Below are positions 52,768 through 62,760 of a DNA stretch of 64,000 nucleotides, piece after piece; within the stretch, counting starts at the first letter, position 1; every line of letters begins with the position of its first letter. Below the pieces are notes generated by a model, which made no database searches, was not told the origin of the DNA, and worked only from the letters and a program-made list of their open reading frames with translations. Location: positions 124,001-188,000 of the IMG/VR virus record IMGVR_UViG_3300032331_003609; one strand, given 5' to 3'. The translations under genes and the position numbers were made by a program.

Positions 52768-52796
52768 GAAACTTTCCACTAAAACACAACTAAGAT
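52768..52796 (+). promoter_or_regulatory. ECF-type promoter GAAACTT-N16-TAAGAT
   Basis: Upstream of the first glycosyltransferase gene. Confidence 0.45.
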
Positions 52797-52842
52797 TGTT
52801 ATCTATTAACATCCTGGGTTATGAATATATCTATAGTCTCTT

Positions 52843-53430
52843 ATGAGCCCCTTTCTAGTAATAGCTTATTATACCTTAGGAAACCCTTACCAGCAACTCT
52901 CGGAAAATCTTACAAAATCTTGTAAAGAATTTAATCTACCCCATTTTTTAAAACCAATAGAAGACTTAGGGTCTTGGGAAAAGAACACACACTATAAAGC
53001 AAACTTTATCAGTGACTGTTTAGAAAGATTCTCAGAAAATCTAGTTTATGTAGACGTTGATGCAGAGTTTAAAAGATATCCAGATCTATTTGAATCTTTA
53101 GATTGCGATATAGCATACAGGACAGAGAATTTTAGATGGAGACAGAACGAAGCTTTAAGTGGAACAATCTTTATAAGAAATAATGATAAGGTAAGATCCC
53201 TAGTTAATCTTTGGAAATCGATCAATGAATTAACCCCAGCTATCAGAAATAAGCCAGACACATGGGAACAGGCTAATCTGCAAAGGGCAACCCAACAGAG
53301 CCCCGAAATAATCTATGAAAATCTGCCGCCGGAATATACCTATATTTTTGATCATACAAAAACAATGTATCCTAGTATTTCTCCAGTGATAGAACACTTT
53401 CAAGCATCTAGAAAATCTCGATCAAATTAA
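52843..53430 (+). CDS. GT-A fold glycosyltransferase
   Basis: W..N..YK..FI...L, YVDVDA (DxD), LSG.IF, WEQ..LQ, I.HFQASR. Confidence 0.8.
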   Translation: MSPFLVIAYYTLGNPYQQLSENLTKSCKEFNLPHFLKPIEDLGSWEKNTHYKANFISDCLERFSENLVYVDVDAEFKRYPDLFESLDCDIAYRTENFRWRQNEALSGTIFIRNNDKVRSLVNLWKSINELTPAIRNKPDTWEQANLQRATQQSPEIIYENLPPEYTYIFDHTKTMYPSISPVIEHFQASRKSRSN

Positions 53431-53463
53431 CAATAATGAGGATTTTGGATCATAAACATGAAT

Positions 53464-53471
53464 GATATATA
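53464..53471 (+). promoter_or_regulatory. Late promoter GATATATA at the head of the glycosylation operon
   Basis: 18 nt before ATG 53490; downstream genes overlap or abut through 62530. Confidence 0.65.
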
Positions 53472-53489
53472 AAAAGCGTAACCCATAGA

Positions 53490-54620
53490 ATGTTATCAGG
53501 AAAAATAAGTAAGATACGAAAAATTTGGAATCCTATTAAGGATTTTATTAAACCCGAATTGGATATAAATGATACCCCGAAGAATCCGGGTGTTACCGGC
53601 AATACATCAAACGTTACTGTTAAACATAAGATCATCAGCTATTATGCTGATTATGAAGAAAGAAAATATTATAAGGGATTTGCCAAAGCACTTATAGAGA
53701 GGTGCAAAGGATTTGGCTTGGACTATGATATTGCAGAAATTGAATCCAGAGGAAACTATGGAGATAATTGTCTAATGAAGCCTGAGTTTATCCTTGAAAA
53801 ATTAAAGCAGTATAAAAAACCTCTAATATGGATGGATTGCGACACCGACTTTAGAGAGCCGTTTGATCATTTCAATGAGGTTACAGAGGATATAGGAATG
53901 GCAACTCATAGCGGGAATATTGAGGGAATCAAAGCATCCCCCTTATATTTAAATTACACTAAAGGTGCTTTTAGAATAATAAGAGAGTGGGTGATTCATT
54001 GTAGAGAATGTTATGATAATGGTATAGTCGAATTAGATCATGACGCATTAAAGCACTACGTACTAGATACAATTAAAGGATCATATTCGATATACATACT
54101 AAATAAAAATTGGAACGACTTTGTACATGGGCGTTATATTTGGAATGGGAACTCAAAAGTCGAAGGCAAGGTACAGACCCATAGACAGGTAGGTGTTACA
54201 GATGATGTAAGAAGATCCTACTCACAAAATGCTAAGACATTTAAAATTATATTCAAATCGGAGACACCAGAGGATTTTAAATCTGGGTTGATCTTCTTAG
54301 ATCAATTTTCAGATAGATCCAGAATTAATTTTATTTTTAAAAAGAAGCTTTTAGCCGAATCTATAGATAATGATGATTTTGCTAGACTTAAAATAGAATC
54401 TGGCGGATTGATATACTTTGATCCCTCCGTTCTTGATTCTATTGAACCAGGAAAATCCGATATTATTATAGAAGCTACAAACGTCACAAGCATAGAGCAA
54501 GATTGGGATCTTAAAATTATATCGAGTATAGACACGGAACAAAATCCACTTGATGATTTATTTTTTGATTCAAAAGAAGGGGGAGTTAGAATAAAAACAT
54601 ATAAAAAACTATGGAGCTAA
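53490..54620 (+). CDS. GT-A glycosyltransferase (paralog of 52843..53430) with degenerate C-terminal domain
   Basis: NCLMKPEFIL..L, WMDCD, ASPLY, DHDAL. Confidence 0.75.
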   Translation: MLSGKISKIRKIWNPIKDFIKPELDINDTPKNPGVTGNTSNVTVKHKIISYYADYEERKYYKGFAKALIERCKGFGLDYDIAEIESRGNYGDNCLMKPEFILEKLKQYKKPLIWMDCDTDFREPFDHFNEVTEDIGMATHSGNIEGIKASPLYLNYTKGAFRIIREWVIHCRECYDNGIVELDHDALKHYVLDTIKGSYSIYILNKNWNDFVHGRYIWNGNSKVEGKVQTHRQVGVTDDVRRSYSQNAKTFKIIFKSETPEDFKSGLIFLDQFSDRSRINFIFKKKLLAESIDNDDFARLKIESGGLIYFDPSVLDSIEPGKSDIIIEATNVTSIEQDWDLKIISSIDTEQNPLDDLFFDSKEGGVRIKTYKKLWS

Positions 54621-55471
54621 TAAAAGGCATAGGAATGCCATTTCCTGAGAATTATTCTTCATGCTCTAATCTGCCGCCAAAAGAATTTTGCTGGACTAGT
54701 AAGGAGGGTATAGCAGATATCTATATTGATGATAAAATAATGGACGGGTTACAAACTCCTAAGAGTAATTCTAAATTTGGATGGCTTTGTGAATCTAGAG
54801 AGATCGCTATAGATATTTTTAATACTATATTACAAAATCCTAAAAAATTCAAAGAAAAATATGCAGGTATTTTTACGTGTGATGAGACTTTATTAGGGTG
54901 TGATTCTTTATTCATATATGCACCACCAGGATCTAATCTTCCGTGGACCAAGCCTGAAGAAATATCAATTTATGAAAAAAGTAAACTATGCTCTATGTTA
55001 TGCTCGCCTAAGGCAAGAACAGAAGGGCATAAACTCAGACTAGAAGTAGCAAAGACCCTAATGAATAGATTGGATTTATTCGGAGGTGCCCATGGATCCC
55101 CTAGAATAGGTGAGGGATTTGGACCAAAGCAGGATTGGTGGAGATCTAAATTACCAGCTTTAAAAGATTACATGTTTTCAATTGTTTTCGAAAATGCTGT
55201 TTATGACAAGTATTACACTGAAAAAATAACAGACTGTTTTGCAACAGGGACAATTCCAGTTTATTGGGGAACTAAAAAAGTGGTAGAGGATTTTAATTCT
55301 GATGGAATTATATTTTATGATGAACTGGGTTCAATAGAAGATCTAAATGAAGAATTATATCTTTCTAAATCAGATTCAATCAAAGATAATTTAGAAAGAG
55401 TCAGATCATTAAAGTCTGGAGATGATTGTGTTTATTCTGCTATAAAAACAATTCAAAATGCAGAAAAATAA
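54611..55471 (+). CDS. GT10-like (fucosyltransferase-type) glycosyltransferase
   Basis: K...LKDYMFSIVFEN....YYTEKITDCF.TGTIPVYWG. Confidence 0.82.
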   Translation: MELIKGIGMPFPENYSSCSNLPPKEFCWTSKEGIADIYIDDKIMDGLQTPKSNSKFGWLCESREIAIDIFNTILQNPKKFKEKYAGIFTCDETLLGCDSLFIYAPPGSNLPWTKPEEISIYEKSKLCSMLCSPKARTEGHKLRLEVAKTLMNRLDLFGGAHGSPRIGEGFGPKQDWWRSKLPALKDYMFSIVFENAVYDKYYTEKITDCFATGTIPVYWGTKKVVEDFNSDGIIFYDELGSIEDLNEELYLSKSDSIKDNLERVRSLKSGDDCVYSAIKTIQNAEK

Positions 55472-56096
55472 AACTATCTTAGTAACCCAATTTTACATTC
55501 CCGATGACGTTAAAAGATATCAGGAATTAAAGTATTGTGTGAAAGAGAATATTTCCAATACACTAATAGATCAAATTGTTTTGGTTGTTGAAAGGGGAAC
55601 TTCTGATAGACTGATCCCATTCCACGAGAAAATAAAAATTAATTGGATAGAAAATAGGCCAACATACCAAGATCTTTTTAAGATAGCAAAAAAAACACTC
55701 GGAAACAAAAAAGGATTAATGGTAATATCTAATAGTGATATTTTTTATGATGAAGATTGTATTTCTAAAATGTATGAAAAAATTTCCAATCAAGAACCCC
55801 TAGCCCTTTCAAGATGGGAATTCAAAATAGGAAGCAACCCGGTTCATCATGATACTTGGGACAGTCAAGATACGTGGGTGTTTAAGGATTATATTCTTCC
55901 TGGAAAATATGCTATAAATTTAGGAATACCTGGATGTGATAACAAAATAGCTTACGAGCTTCAAAAGGCTGGATATATGGTTAAGAATCCATCTAAGTCT
56001 ATAAAATCCTATCATTATCACACATCAGAGCATAGAACATATAATGAAGAAGATAGAATTTCTGGACCTTATCTTTTTATAAACACTGAAGAATGA
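55458..56096 (+). CDS. Putative GT-A-like glycosyltransferase
   Basis: R.QEL..C...N, RPTY, ISNSDI, LSRWE, SQDTW.F, G.PGCDN.IA. Confidence 0.65.
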   Translation: MQKNKTILVTQFYIPDDVKRYQELKYCVKENISNTLIDQIVLVVERGTSDRLIPFHEKIKINWIENRPTYQDLFKIAKKTLGNKKGLMVISNSDIFYDEDCISKMYEKISNQEPLALSRWEFKIGSNPVHHDTWDSQDTWVFKDYILPGKYAINLGIPGCDNKIAYELQKAGYMVKNPSKSIKSYHYHTSEHRTYNEEDRISGPYLFINTEE

Positions 56097-56743
56097 GTAA
56101 AATAGATTTAAAAAAAATAACTGCGGTTTGTATAGACGGAAGACCCTATGATAAAGAAAGGTATGAGAGGTATAGTGTTATTCTTAATTTCTTTCTAACA
56201 AACGCGGAATTTACATCTATACAAATGATATCCACACACGATCCAGAAATAGAAGGTGTTTCTCATACAAGAATAAAAGAATTTGGAATATCTGATTATT
56301 CAAGATTCTGCTTGCATCATTTATCAGATTGGGTTAATTCTGAGTTTTGCCTTATTTTTCAGGATGATGGATTTATACTCAACCCTAGTTTATGGAACGA
56401 TTCTTTTTATGAGTATGATTATATAGGATCTCCTTGGCCTCTTTATATAGGTTGGCCGGTAGAGGGACAACAAGTAGGAAATGGTGGATTTTCACTCAGA
56501 AGTAAAAGGCTTTTAGAATTTACTAAAACATTTACCGGGCACACCACTGAGAATGAAGACACCTATATAATTTCTGCTAAAAGAAAAGATATAGAAGATG
56601 AAGGATTAAAAATTGCTCCTTTAGAAATTGCTCGACTTTTTTCGATTGAGAATAGTTTAGACCCCGAGCATCGTTTAGATACATGCTTTGGATTTCACGC
56701 CAAGCATTTATTAGATGATGCAATAAAAATGATACAACAATGA
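56093..56743 (+). CDS. Putative glycosyltransferase (DUF5672-like)
   Basis: LIFQDDGF, YDYIGSPW, VGNGGFSLRSK, ED, FS.E, FGFH. Confidence 0.75.
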   Translation: MSKIDLKKITAVCIDGRPYDKERYERYSVILNFFLTNAEFTSIQMISTHDPEIEGVSHTRIKEFGISDYSRFCLHHLSDWVNSEFCLIFQDDGFILNPSLWNDSFYEYDYIGSPWPLYIGWPVEGQQVGNGGFSLRSKRLLEFTKTFTGHTTENEDTYIISAKRKDIEDEGLKIAPLEIARLFSIENSLDPEHRLDTCFGFHAKHLLDDAIKMIQQ

Positions 56744-57468
56744 AAGTAATGGCATATTATCCAGTTCACTATGGAGCTGAGTATTTTAATGCATCTATTA
56801 AATCAATAGATGAACAGGTTGAGAAAATCCTAATTCTTTATACGCCTAAACCTAGTTATGGCCACGGAACAGAAAAGCAATGCCCGGAAACAGAAGATGA
56901 ATTAAAAGAGATAGCATTTGGATCTTCCAACAAAATAGAATGGGTGACAGTAGATGCTGGTAATGAAGGAAATCACCGGGCATTAGCATTTACCAATGCA
57001 TCTGAATATGATATCATGCTAACTCTAGATACCGATGAGGTTTGGGAGTCTACTTCTTTAGAAAGATGTATTCAAGAAGCATATGACGGAGAAGCATGGA
57101 GAAGAAATATTTCCGGATTTATTCATTTTTGGAAATCTTTCAATTGGGCATGTCAAGATGGTTTTGAGCCTGCTAGAATTTTTAATCTAAAAAGAAAAAA
57201 TAATTTAGAGGTTCCAATTAACGGTACAATCTATCATTTTGGGTATGCTCAATCTAAAAAAATAATGGATTACAAGTTTGATATTCACGGACACAAGAAT
57301 GAACTTAAAGAAGGATGGTTAGAAAATACATACTATGGATGGGAACCTGGAAAACTAGATCTTCATCCAACATGTGGGGTTTGGCCAGAAGCTAAACTGT
57401 TTGATAAAAACACACTCCCTGATATTTTAAAATCACATCCAAATTTTGATAAAGAAATAATTTCATGA
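56740..57468 (+). CDS. GT2-like glycosyltransferase
   Basis: LTLDTDEVW DxD motif; IYHFGY. Confidence 0.75.
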   Translation: MKVMAYYPVHYGAEYFNASIKSIDEQVEKILILYTPKPSYGHGTEKQCPETEDELKEIAFGSSNKIEWVTVDAGNEGNHRALAFTNASEYDIMLTLDTDEVWESTSLERCIQEAYDGEAWRRNISGFIHFWKSFNWACQDGFEPARIFNLKRKNNLEVPINGTIYHFGYAQSKKIMDYKFDIHGHKNELKEGWLENTYYGWEPGKLDLHPTCGVWPEAKLFDKNTLPDILKSHPNFDKEIIS

Positions 57469-58400
57469 GAAAAAAGCTTTTATACATTCCTTTAGATTAT
57501 TGTAGACATGCTGAGAGTGATTCAATATTTAACTCCATGTTATCTGGATTTAATACCCAATTTGAAGCTCGTGTTTTTAAAAATATGGAGGAATCTATTT
57601 TATTTAATCCGGACCTTGTTTATATGCACGGTAATGCCATTTCGATTGAAGAATGTCATTTGCTTAAAAAATCAACTAATGCTTTTTTTACCATATGGGT
57701 AGGTGACGTTAGATATGCACCTTTACCCGAGGCAATGAGCATGATTGATGTTGCAAATCTCTATTTATTTCCATTTAAAGGAGAACAATTAAAATCTTTT
57801 TCCCGAATCCTTAATACACCTTGTGAATATCTTTTTGAGGTATTTGATGATAGGCAGATTAGAGATGTAAAGGAGATATCTTCTGGAAGAATAGTATTTG
57901 TTGGCAATGTTTATGAGCATTTTCCAGGGGGTGAAGAAAGAATATCTCTCGTAAAATTTATTGGGAAACATGCTCCTGAATTAGAGTATTATGGATCATT
58001 CCCATATGAGAGTAATTCAGCAAAAGGGGGAATAGATTTCTCAAATGTTCCAGACTTATATAATTCATCATATTTAACTATTGCACATAATAATAGAAAT
58101 GATATAGATGGGTATTTTACTCACCGTAACTTAATAGCGCTAGCATCAGGCTCATGTGTATTGATGAAATATTTTCCTGGTATAGAGGAATTCTTTATTA
58201 ATTGGGAGCATTGCGTTTATTATAAAACAAATTATGAATTATTGGATGTAATTGAATTTTTAAAAAGAAACCCAGACATAAGAAATAAAATTGCTAAAAG
58301 CGGAAATACATATGTTAGGGAAAATTATCTAAATGCTAATTTTGCCTATAAGTATAATGAAATTTTAAATAAAATAAAAAAGCTAAATCATGAAAGATAA
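57465..58400 (+). CDS. GT-B glycosyltransferase (CgeB/DUF3880-like)
   Basis: W.GD.R, IVFVGN, ER, R....LASG, G.EE.F....H.VYY, IAK.G..YV. Confidence 0.78.
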   Translation: MRKKLLYIPLDYCRHAESDSIFNSMLSGFNTQFEARVFKNMEESILFNPDLVYMHGNAISIEECHLLKKSTNAFFTIWVGDVRYAPLPEAMSMIDVANLYLFPFKGEQLKSFSRILNTPCEYLFEVFDDRQIRDVKEISSGRIVFVGNVYEHFPGGEERISLVKFIGKHAPELEYYGSFPYESNSAKGGIDFSNVPDLYNSSYLTIAHNNRNDIDGYFTHRNLIALASGSCVLMKYFPGIEEFFINWEHCVYYKTNYELLDVIEFLKRNPDIRNKIAKSGNTYVRENYLNANFAYKYNEILNKIKKLNHER

Positions 58401-58917
58401 AATAAAAAAATATTCTCTCCATTGGGCTTTAGGTGGAAATGATGCGAACGGAGGACTGGAACAAAATGCTTATGAACTTGAAAAGCTTTGTGAATTTATA
58501 AAGGAAAAAAATATTAAAACCTACACAGAGATAGGGTGTGCTGCTGGACAGCTCCTAAGATTTATGAGGGATGAATTTGAACTTGATACAACGGGAATTA
58601 CTTTAGAACCAAGGGATACTCATAAAGATCTACCCATAATACACGGAAGTTCCAGAGATCCTGAAATAATAAAAACTGCAAAGCCGTGTGATCTTTATTT
58701 CATAGACGGAGATCATTCTTATTTAGGAGTTAAATCTGATTATTTGAATTATAAAGGTCTTTGTAAATACATGGCATTTCACGACATATTAGGGCAAAGA
58801 GACTGTGAAGGGGTTTCCCAATTTTGGAATGAAATAAGAAATGAATATGAATTTATAGAATTTATAGATCCTAATAGGGATATAGCTAGTGGAATCGGAA
58901 TTATTAAAATAATATAA
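58390..58917 (+). CDS. Class I SAM-dependent methyltransferase (Methyltransf_24-like)
   Basis: EIGC..G, FIDGDHSY.GVK.D, AFHDI, V..FW. Confidence 0.82.
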   Translation: MKDKIKKYSLHWALGGNDANGGLEQNAYELEKLCEFIKEKNIKTYTEIGCAAGQLLRFMRDEFELDTTGITLEPRDTHKDLPIIHGSSRDPEIIKTAKPCDLYFIDGDHSYLGVKSDYLNYKGLCKYMAFHDILGQRDCEGVSQFWNEIRNEYEFIEFIDPNRDIASGIGIIKII

Positions 58918-58919
58918 AA

Positions 58920-59954
58920 ATGGAAACTGTAATTATAACCGGATCCTGTGGATTAATTGGAAGTGAAGCTGTTAAATTCTTTCATACACAAGGATTTAAA
59001 ATAATTGGAATTGATGATGATTCTCGAGCTAAATTTTTTGGAAAAGAAGCAAGTACAAATGGGATGCTTTCTCAATTAAAAGAACTTAAAAATTACCAGC
59101 ATCTTTCAATTAATATTTCATCTTATCAAGATCTACAGACTAGTTTATCCAGCATTAAAGATTTAAAGATGATTATTCATACAGCTGCTCAACCTTCTCA
59201 TGATTGGGCAGCAACAAATCCGTTTGCAGATTTTAATGCAAATGCACTTGGTACCTTAAACATGCTAGAAATAACAAGAAATTATTTTCCAGAGGTAGTT
59301 TTTATCTTTACTTCTACTAATAAAGTTTATGGAGATTTACCTAATACTATAACAGAATACACAGAATCTAATTCTAGATTTAATCCGGTTAATTCTGATT
59401 TTATAGAAAAAGGAATTAACGAAAACCTATCAATAGATCAATGTAAGCATTCTTTATTTGGTGTATCAAAAGCTTACGGGGATTTAATAACACAGGAATA
59501 TGGAAAATACTTTGGATTAAAAACTGGCACATTCAGAGGTGGATGCTTAACTGGACAAAATCATTCAGGTGTTAAGGCTCATGGATTTTTATCTTATCTA
59601 GTAAAATGTGCAATGACAGGAGAAAAATATTACATTAATGGATACAAAGGAAAACAAGTTAGAGATAACATACACTCTAGTGATGTTGTCTCCGCCTTTT
59701 ATGAATTTTATAAAAATCCTAATCCCGGTGAAGTCTATAATATAGGAGGAGGAAATCTTTCAAACTGCTCAATTCTAGAAGCTATTGAATTAATTCATGA
59801 AATATCAGGTAAAAGAGTAGACTATGAATTACTTGAAACACCAAGAGAAGGCGACCATATTTGGTATATTAGTGATATGACAAAATTTAGAAATGATTAT
59901 CCAAATTGGATTCAAAAATATGACCTAAGAAAAATAATAAAAGAAATGATATGA
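58920..59954 (+). CDS. NAD-dependent sugar epimerase, CDP-paratose 2-epimerase (RfbE)-like
   Basis: ITGSCGLIG, HTAAQPSH, STNKVYGD, S.FGVSK, FR.GC.TG, GKQVRD..H. Confidence 0.88.
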   Translation: METVIITGSCGLIGSEAVKFFHTQGFKIIGIDDDSRAKFFGKEASTNGMLSQLKELKNYQHLSINISSYQDLQTSLSSIKDLKMIIHTAAQPSHDWAATNPFADFNANALGTLNMLEITRNYFPEVVFIFTSTNKVYGDLPNTITEYTESNSRFNPVNSDFIEKGINENLSIDQCKHSLFGVSKAYGDLITQEYGKYFGLKTGTFRGGCLTGQNHSGVKAHGFLSYLVKCAMTGEKYYINGYKGKQVRDNIHSSDVVSAFYEFYKNPNPGEVYNIGGGNLSNCSILEAIELIHEISGKRVDYELLETPREGDHIWYISDMTKFRNDYPNWIQKYDLRKIIKEMI

Positions 59955-60580
59955 TTAGTATAGTTTTTCCCCACGCTATGAACAAAGAGAATGATGCGGT
60001 TCTCCAATTGAAATTAAAAATGTTAGAAGAGAATTCCACTTACCCCTATGAGGTTATGGTTTTATCCAACACAGGAAGACCTGATTTAGTTTATGAATCA
60101 TGGGATTGGATGATGAGAAGAGCTAAATATGACCTGGTTCTATGGGATAATTCAGATATAACATATGCTCCAAAATTCATGGATAATATTATCAAACACA
60201 AAGATGATGCAGATTGGTTAGGACTCGAATTAATTGAATGTGGAGCCATAGGAGTGGCTGCAACCAACATCCATCAAGATTTTGGAAGAACAGCAAATTC
60301 TTTCAATAGATCAGAATTTGAAAAATGGGTGGAAGAATATTCTAAAGATCGCCCATCAATAAGAGAAGGATTTTGCTGGTACTCTCCTTCAGTTTGGAAG
60401 AAAGAATGGTACATTAAAATAGGTGGTTTTAACTTCTCAAAGCCATTTCCTCACCCGAATGATTCTGAGTTTAGAGAGAAGTGTATAGCAGCAGGATCAA
60501 CATTTGCTGTTGTTAATTCTTTTGCATATCATTTTCAAAGAGCAGGAGAAAATAGGGGAGAAAAACCAGAAAGAGAATAA
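59951..60580 (+). CDS. GT2-like glycosyltransferase
   Basis: ISIVFP, LWDNSD, GGF...P....DSEF, YHF. Confidence 0.65.
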   Translation: MISIVFPHAMNKENDAVLQLKLKMLEENSTYPYEVMVLSNTGRPDLVYESWDWMMRRAKYDLVLWDNSDITYAPKFMDNIIKHKDDADWLGLELIECGAIGVAATNIHQDFGRTANSFNRSEFEKWVEEYSKDRPSIREGFCWYSPSVWKKEWYIKIGGFNFSKPFPHPNDSEFREKCIAAGSTFAVVNSFAYHFQRAGENRGEKPERE

Positions 60581-60590
60581 TCAATGATAT

Positions 60591-61526
60591 ATGAAAAAAA
60601 ATATTGCAATATTTGGATCAACAGGATTAGTTGGTTCTAACATTCTTAAAAAAATAGACACCGAAAAATATAAGGTTTATGCTCCTTCGAGAAAGGAGCT
60701 AGATCTTTTCGATCAGGAAAAGGTCCTAGATTGGTTCTTTGAAAATAAAATGGAATATGTAATCATTGCAGCTGCTAGGGTTGGAGGAATAGTTGCTAAT
60801 TCAACATACCCTACAGAATTCTTGCATGAGAATCTCACAATCCAAAATAATATTATAATGTCTGCTTTAAAGAGCGATGTCAAAAATCTTATATTTCTAG
60901 GATCTTCTTGCATTTATCCGAGAGAATGCCCACAACCAATTAAGGAAGAATATCTACTAACTGGTCCTTTAGAGAAGACAAATAAATCCTATGCCTTGGC
61001 AAAGATTGCTGGTATTCAATTATGTGATTCGATCAAAGAACAATACGGAAATAATTACTATTCTTTAATGCCGTGTAATCTTTATGGTCCGGGTGATAAT
61101 TTTGATCTAGAAGCTTCCCATGTTATTCCGGGAATGATTAGAAAAATTGAAAGCGCTAGAGACAACAATCAACCAACGCTTAAACTACTCGGAACAGGAA
61201 GACCCCTTAGAGAATTTCTTTATGTGGAAGATCTAGCAGAAGCTGTAATATTCATGTTAGAAAACTATAACGGAAAAGATGGTTTAATTAACGTTGGAAG
61301 CGGTTCTGAAATCACGATAAAAGATCTAGCAAATATAATTTCACGTGTCATAGGATATAAAGGTGAAATTCTTTTTGATACTGAGGGATTAGACGGAACA
61401 CCCAGAAAGGTAATGGACAATTCTAAAATAGAATCGCTTGGATGGAAACCCCAAATGACATTAGAAACAGGAATAACCGAAACAGTAAAATGGTATTGGG
61501 ACAATAAGGATAAAATTAGAAAATGA
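60591..61526 (+). CDS. fcl: GDP-L-fucose synthase
   Basis: G..GLVGS, AAARVGGI.AN, LGSSCIYP, YALAK, MPCNLYGP.DNF, SHVIPG, REFL.VEDLA, DG.PRK. Confidence 0.96.
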   Translation: MKKNIAIFGSTGLVGSNILKKIDTEKYKVYAPSRKELDLFDQEKVLDWFFENKMEYVIIAAARVGGIVANSTYPTEFLHENLTIQNNIIMSALKSDVKNLIFLGSSCIYPRECPQPIKEEYLLTGPLEKTNKSYALAKIAGIQLCDSIKEQYGNNYYSLMPCNLYGPGDNFDLEASHVIPGMIRKIESARDNNQPTLKLLGTGRPLREFLYVEDLAEAVIFMLENYNGKDGLINVGSGSEITIKDLANIISRVIGYKGEILFDTEGLDGTPRKVMDNSKIESLGWKPQMTLETGITETVKWYWDNKDKIRK

Positions 61527-62530
61527 AAATAGCATTAATAACAGGAGTAAATGGACAGGATGGGTCATATTTAGCAGAGTTGCTTCTTGACAAGGGATAT
61601 ATGGTTCATGGAACAATTAGAAGGTCTTCTTCTTTTAACTCGGGAAGAATAGAACACTTTAGAGAGCATTCAAATTTCAAGAGACACTATATGGATCTAA
61701 CTGATCCAGGAAGTGTATCCCACGTAATTTCTGAATTAAAGCCTGACGAGATTTATAATTTAGCTGCTCAGAGCCATGTAAAAATTTCTTTTGAAATTCC
61801 AAACTATACCGGACAGGTAGATGCTATGGGTACATTAAATGTTCTGGAAGCAATTCGTGTTCATTCACCAAATTCTAAATTATACCAAGCATCAACCTCC
61901 GAGCTTTATGGAAAAGTTCAGGAAACACCTCAGACTGAAACGACCCCATTCTATCCAAGATCTCCATACGGAGTTGCAAAACTATATGGATATTGGATTG
62001 TTAAAAACTACAGGGAGTCTTATAATCTATTTGCATGTAACGGAATTCTTTTTAATCACACCTCTCCGAGAAGAGGTGAAAACTTTGTTGAGAAGAAAAT
62101 TATAGATTCCCTATGTCAAATTAAAAAAGGAAAGACAGATATACTAACTCTTGGAAATCTTTCTGCTAGAAGGGATATAGGACACGCAAAAGAATACGTT
62201 GAAGGTATGTGGAGAATGCTTCAATTAGAATCCCCCGAAGATTTCGTACTAGCAACAGGCAAGACTCACTCTATTAAAGAAATGGTTGATATGGTTTGTC
62301 AAAAATTAGATATTGATATAGATTGGAAGGGCGGGGGTGAAAGAGAAATTGCAATTGATAAATCCTCTGGAGGAATTATTATAGGAATAGATCCTAAGTA
62401 TTATAGACCAGCTGAAGTAGAGCTTTTACAAGGTGATTCAGCTAAAGCTAAAAAAGTATTAGGATGGGAACCAAAACTATCTCTGTCAGAAATATTTGAT
62501 GAGATGATAGCAGAATCACTAAAGGATTAG
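61523..62530 (+). CDS. gmd: GDP-mannose 4,6-dehydratase
   Basis: ALITG.NGQDGSYLAE.LL, YNLAAQSHV, QASTSELYG, PRSPYGVAK, NGILFNH.SPRRG, RD.GHA.EYV, RP.EV..L.GD. Confidence 0.97.
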   Translation: MKIALITGVNGQDGSYLAELLLDKGYMVHGTIRRSSSFNSGRIEHFREHSNFKRHYMDLTDPGSVSHVISELKPDEIYNLAAQSHVKISFEIPNYTGQVDAMGTLNVLEAIRVHSPNSKLYQASTSELYGKVQETPQTETTPFYPRSPYGVAKLYGYWIVKNYRESYNLFACNGILFNHTSPRRGENFVEKKIIDSLCQIKKGKTDILTLGNLSARRDIGHAKEYVEGMWRMLQLESPEDFVLATGKTHSIKEMVDMVCQKLDIDIDWKGGGEREIAIDKSSGGIIIGIDPKYYRPAEVELLQGDSAKAKKVLGWEPKLSLSEIFDEMIAESLKD

Positions 62531-62760
62531 TGATTAGTGTTTGATACGATTTCATTGGCTTTCAAAAGATCTTCTACTGTTTTAACTGTGTATATTGTTT
62601 GGCCAGGTACACCCCAGTCTTTTTGTTCACCCCAATTGATAAATCCTTGATGTGTGATATGGTTTCCTGAATTATAAGAAAAATCGTGATGTCCTTCTTT
62701 CGAAGACGCCTGTTCAAACTCATCCCTAGATGAAATATTTTTATATCCGTATTTTTCCAT
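62527..62760 (-). CDS. Small hypothetical protein
   Basis: 77-aa ORF; ATG overlaps the stop of the upstream minus-strand gene. Confidence 0.6.
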   Translation of the reverse strand: MEKYGYKNISSRDEFEQASSKEGHHDFSYNSGNHITHQGFINWGEQKDWGVPGQTIYTVKTVEDLLKANEIVSNTNH

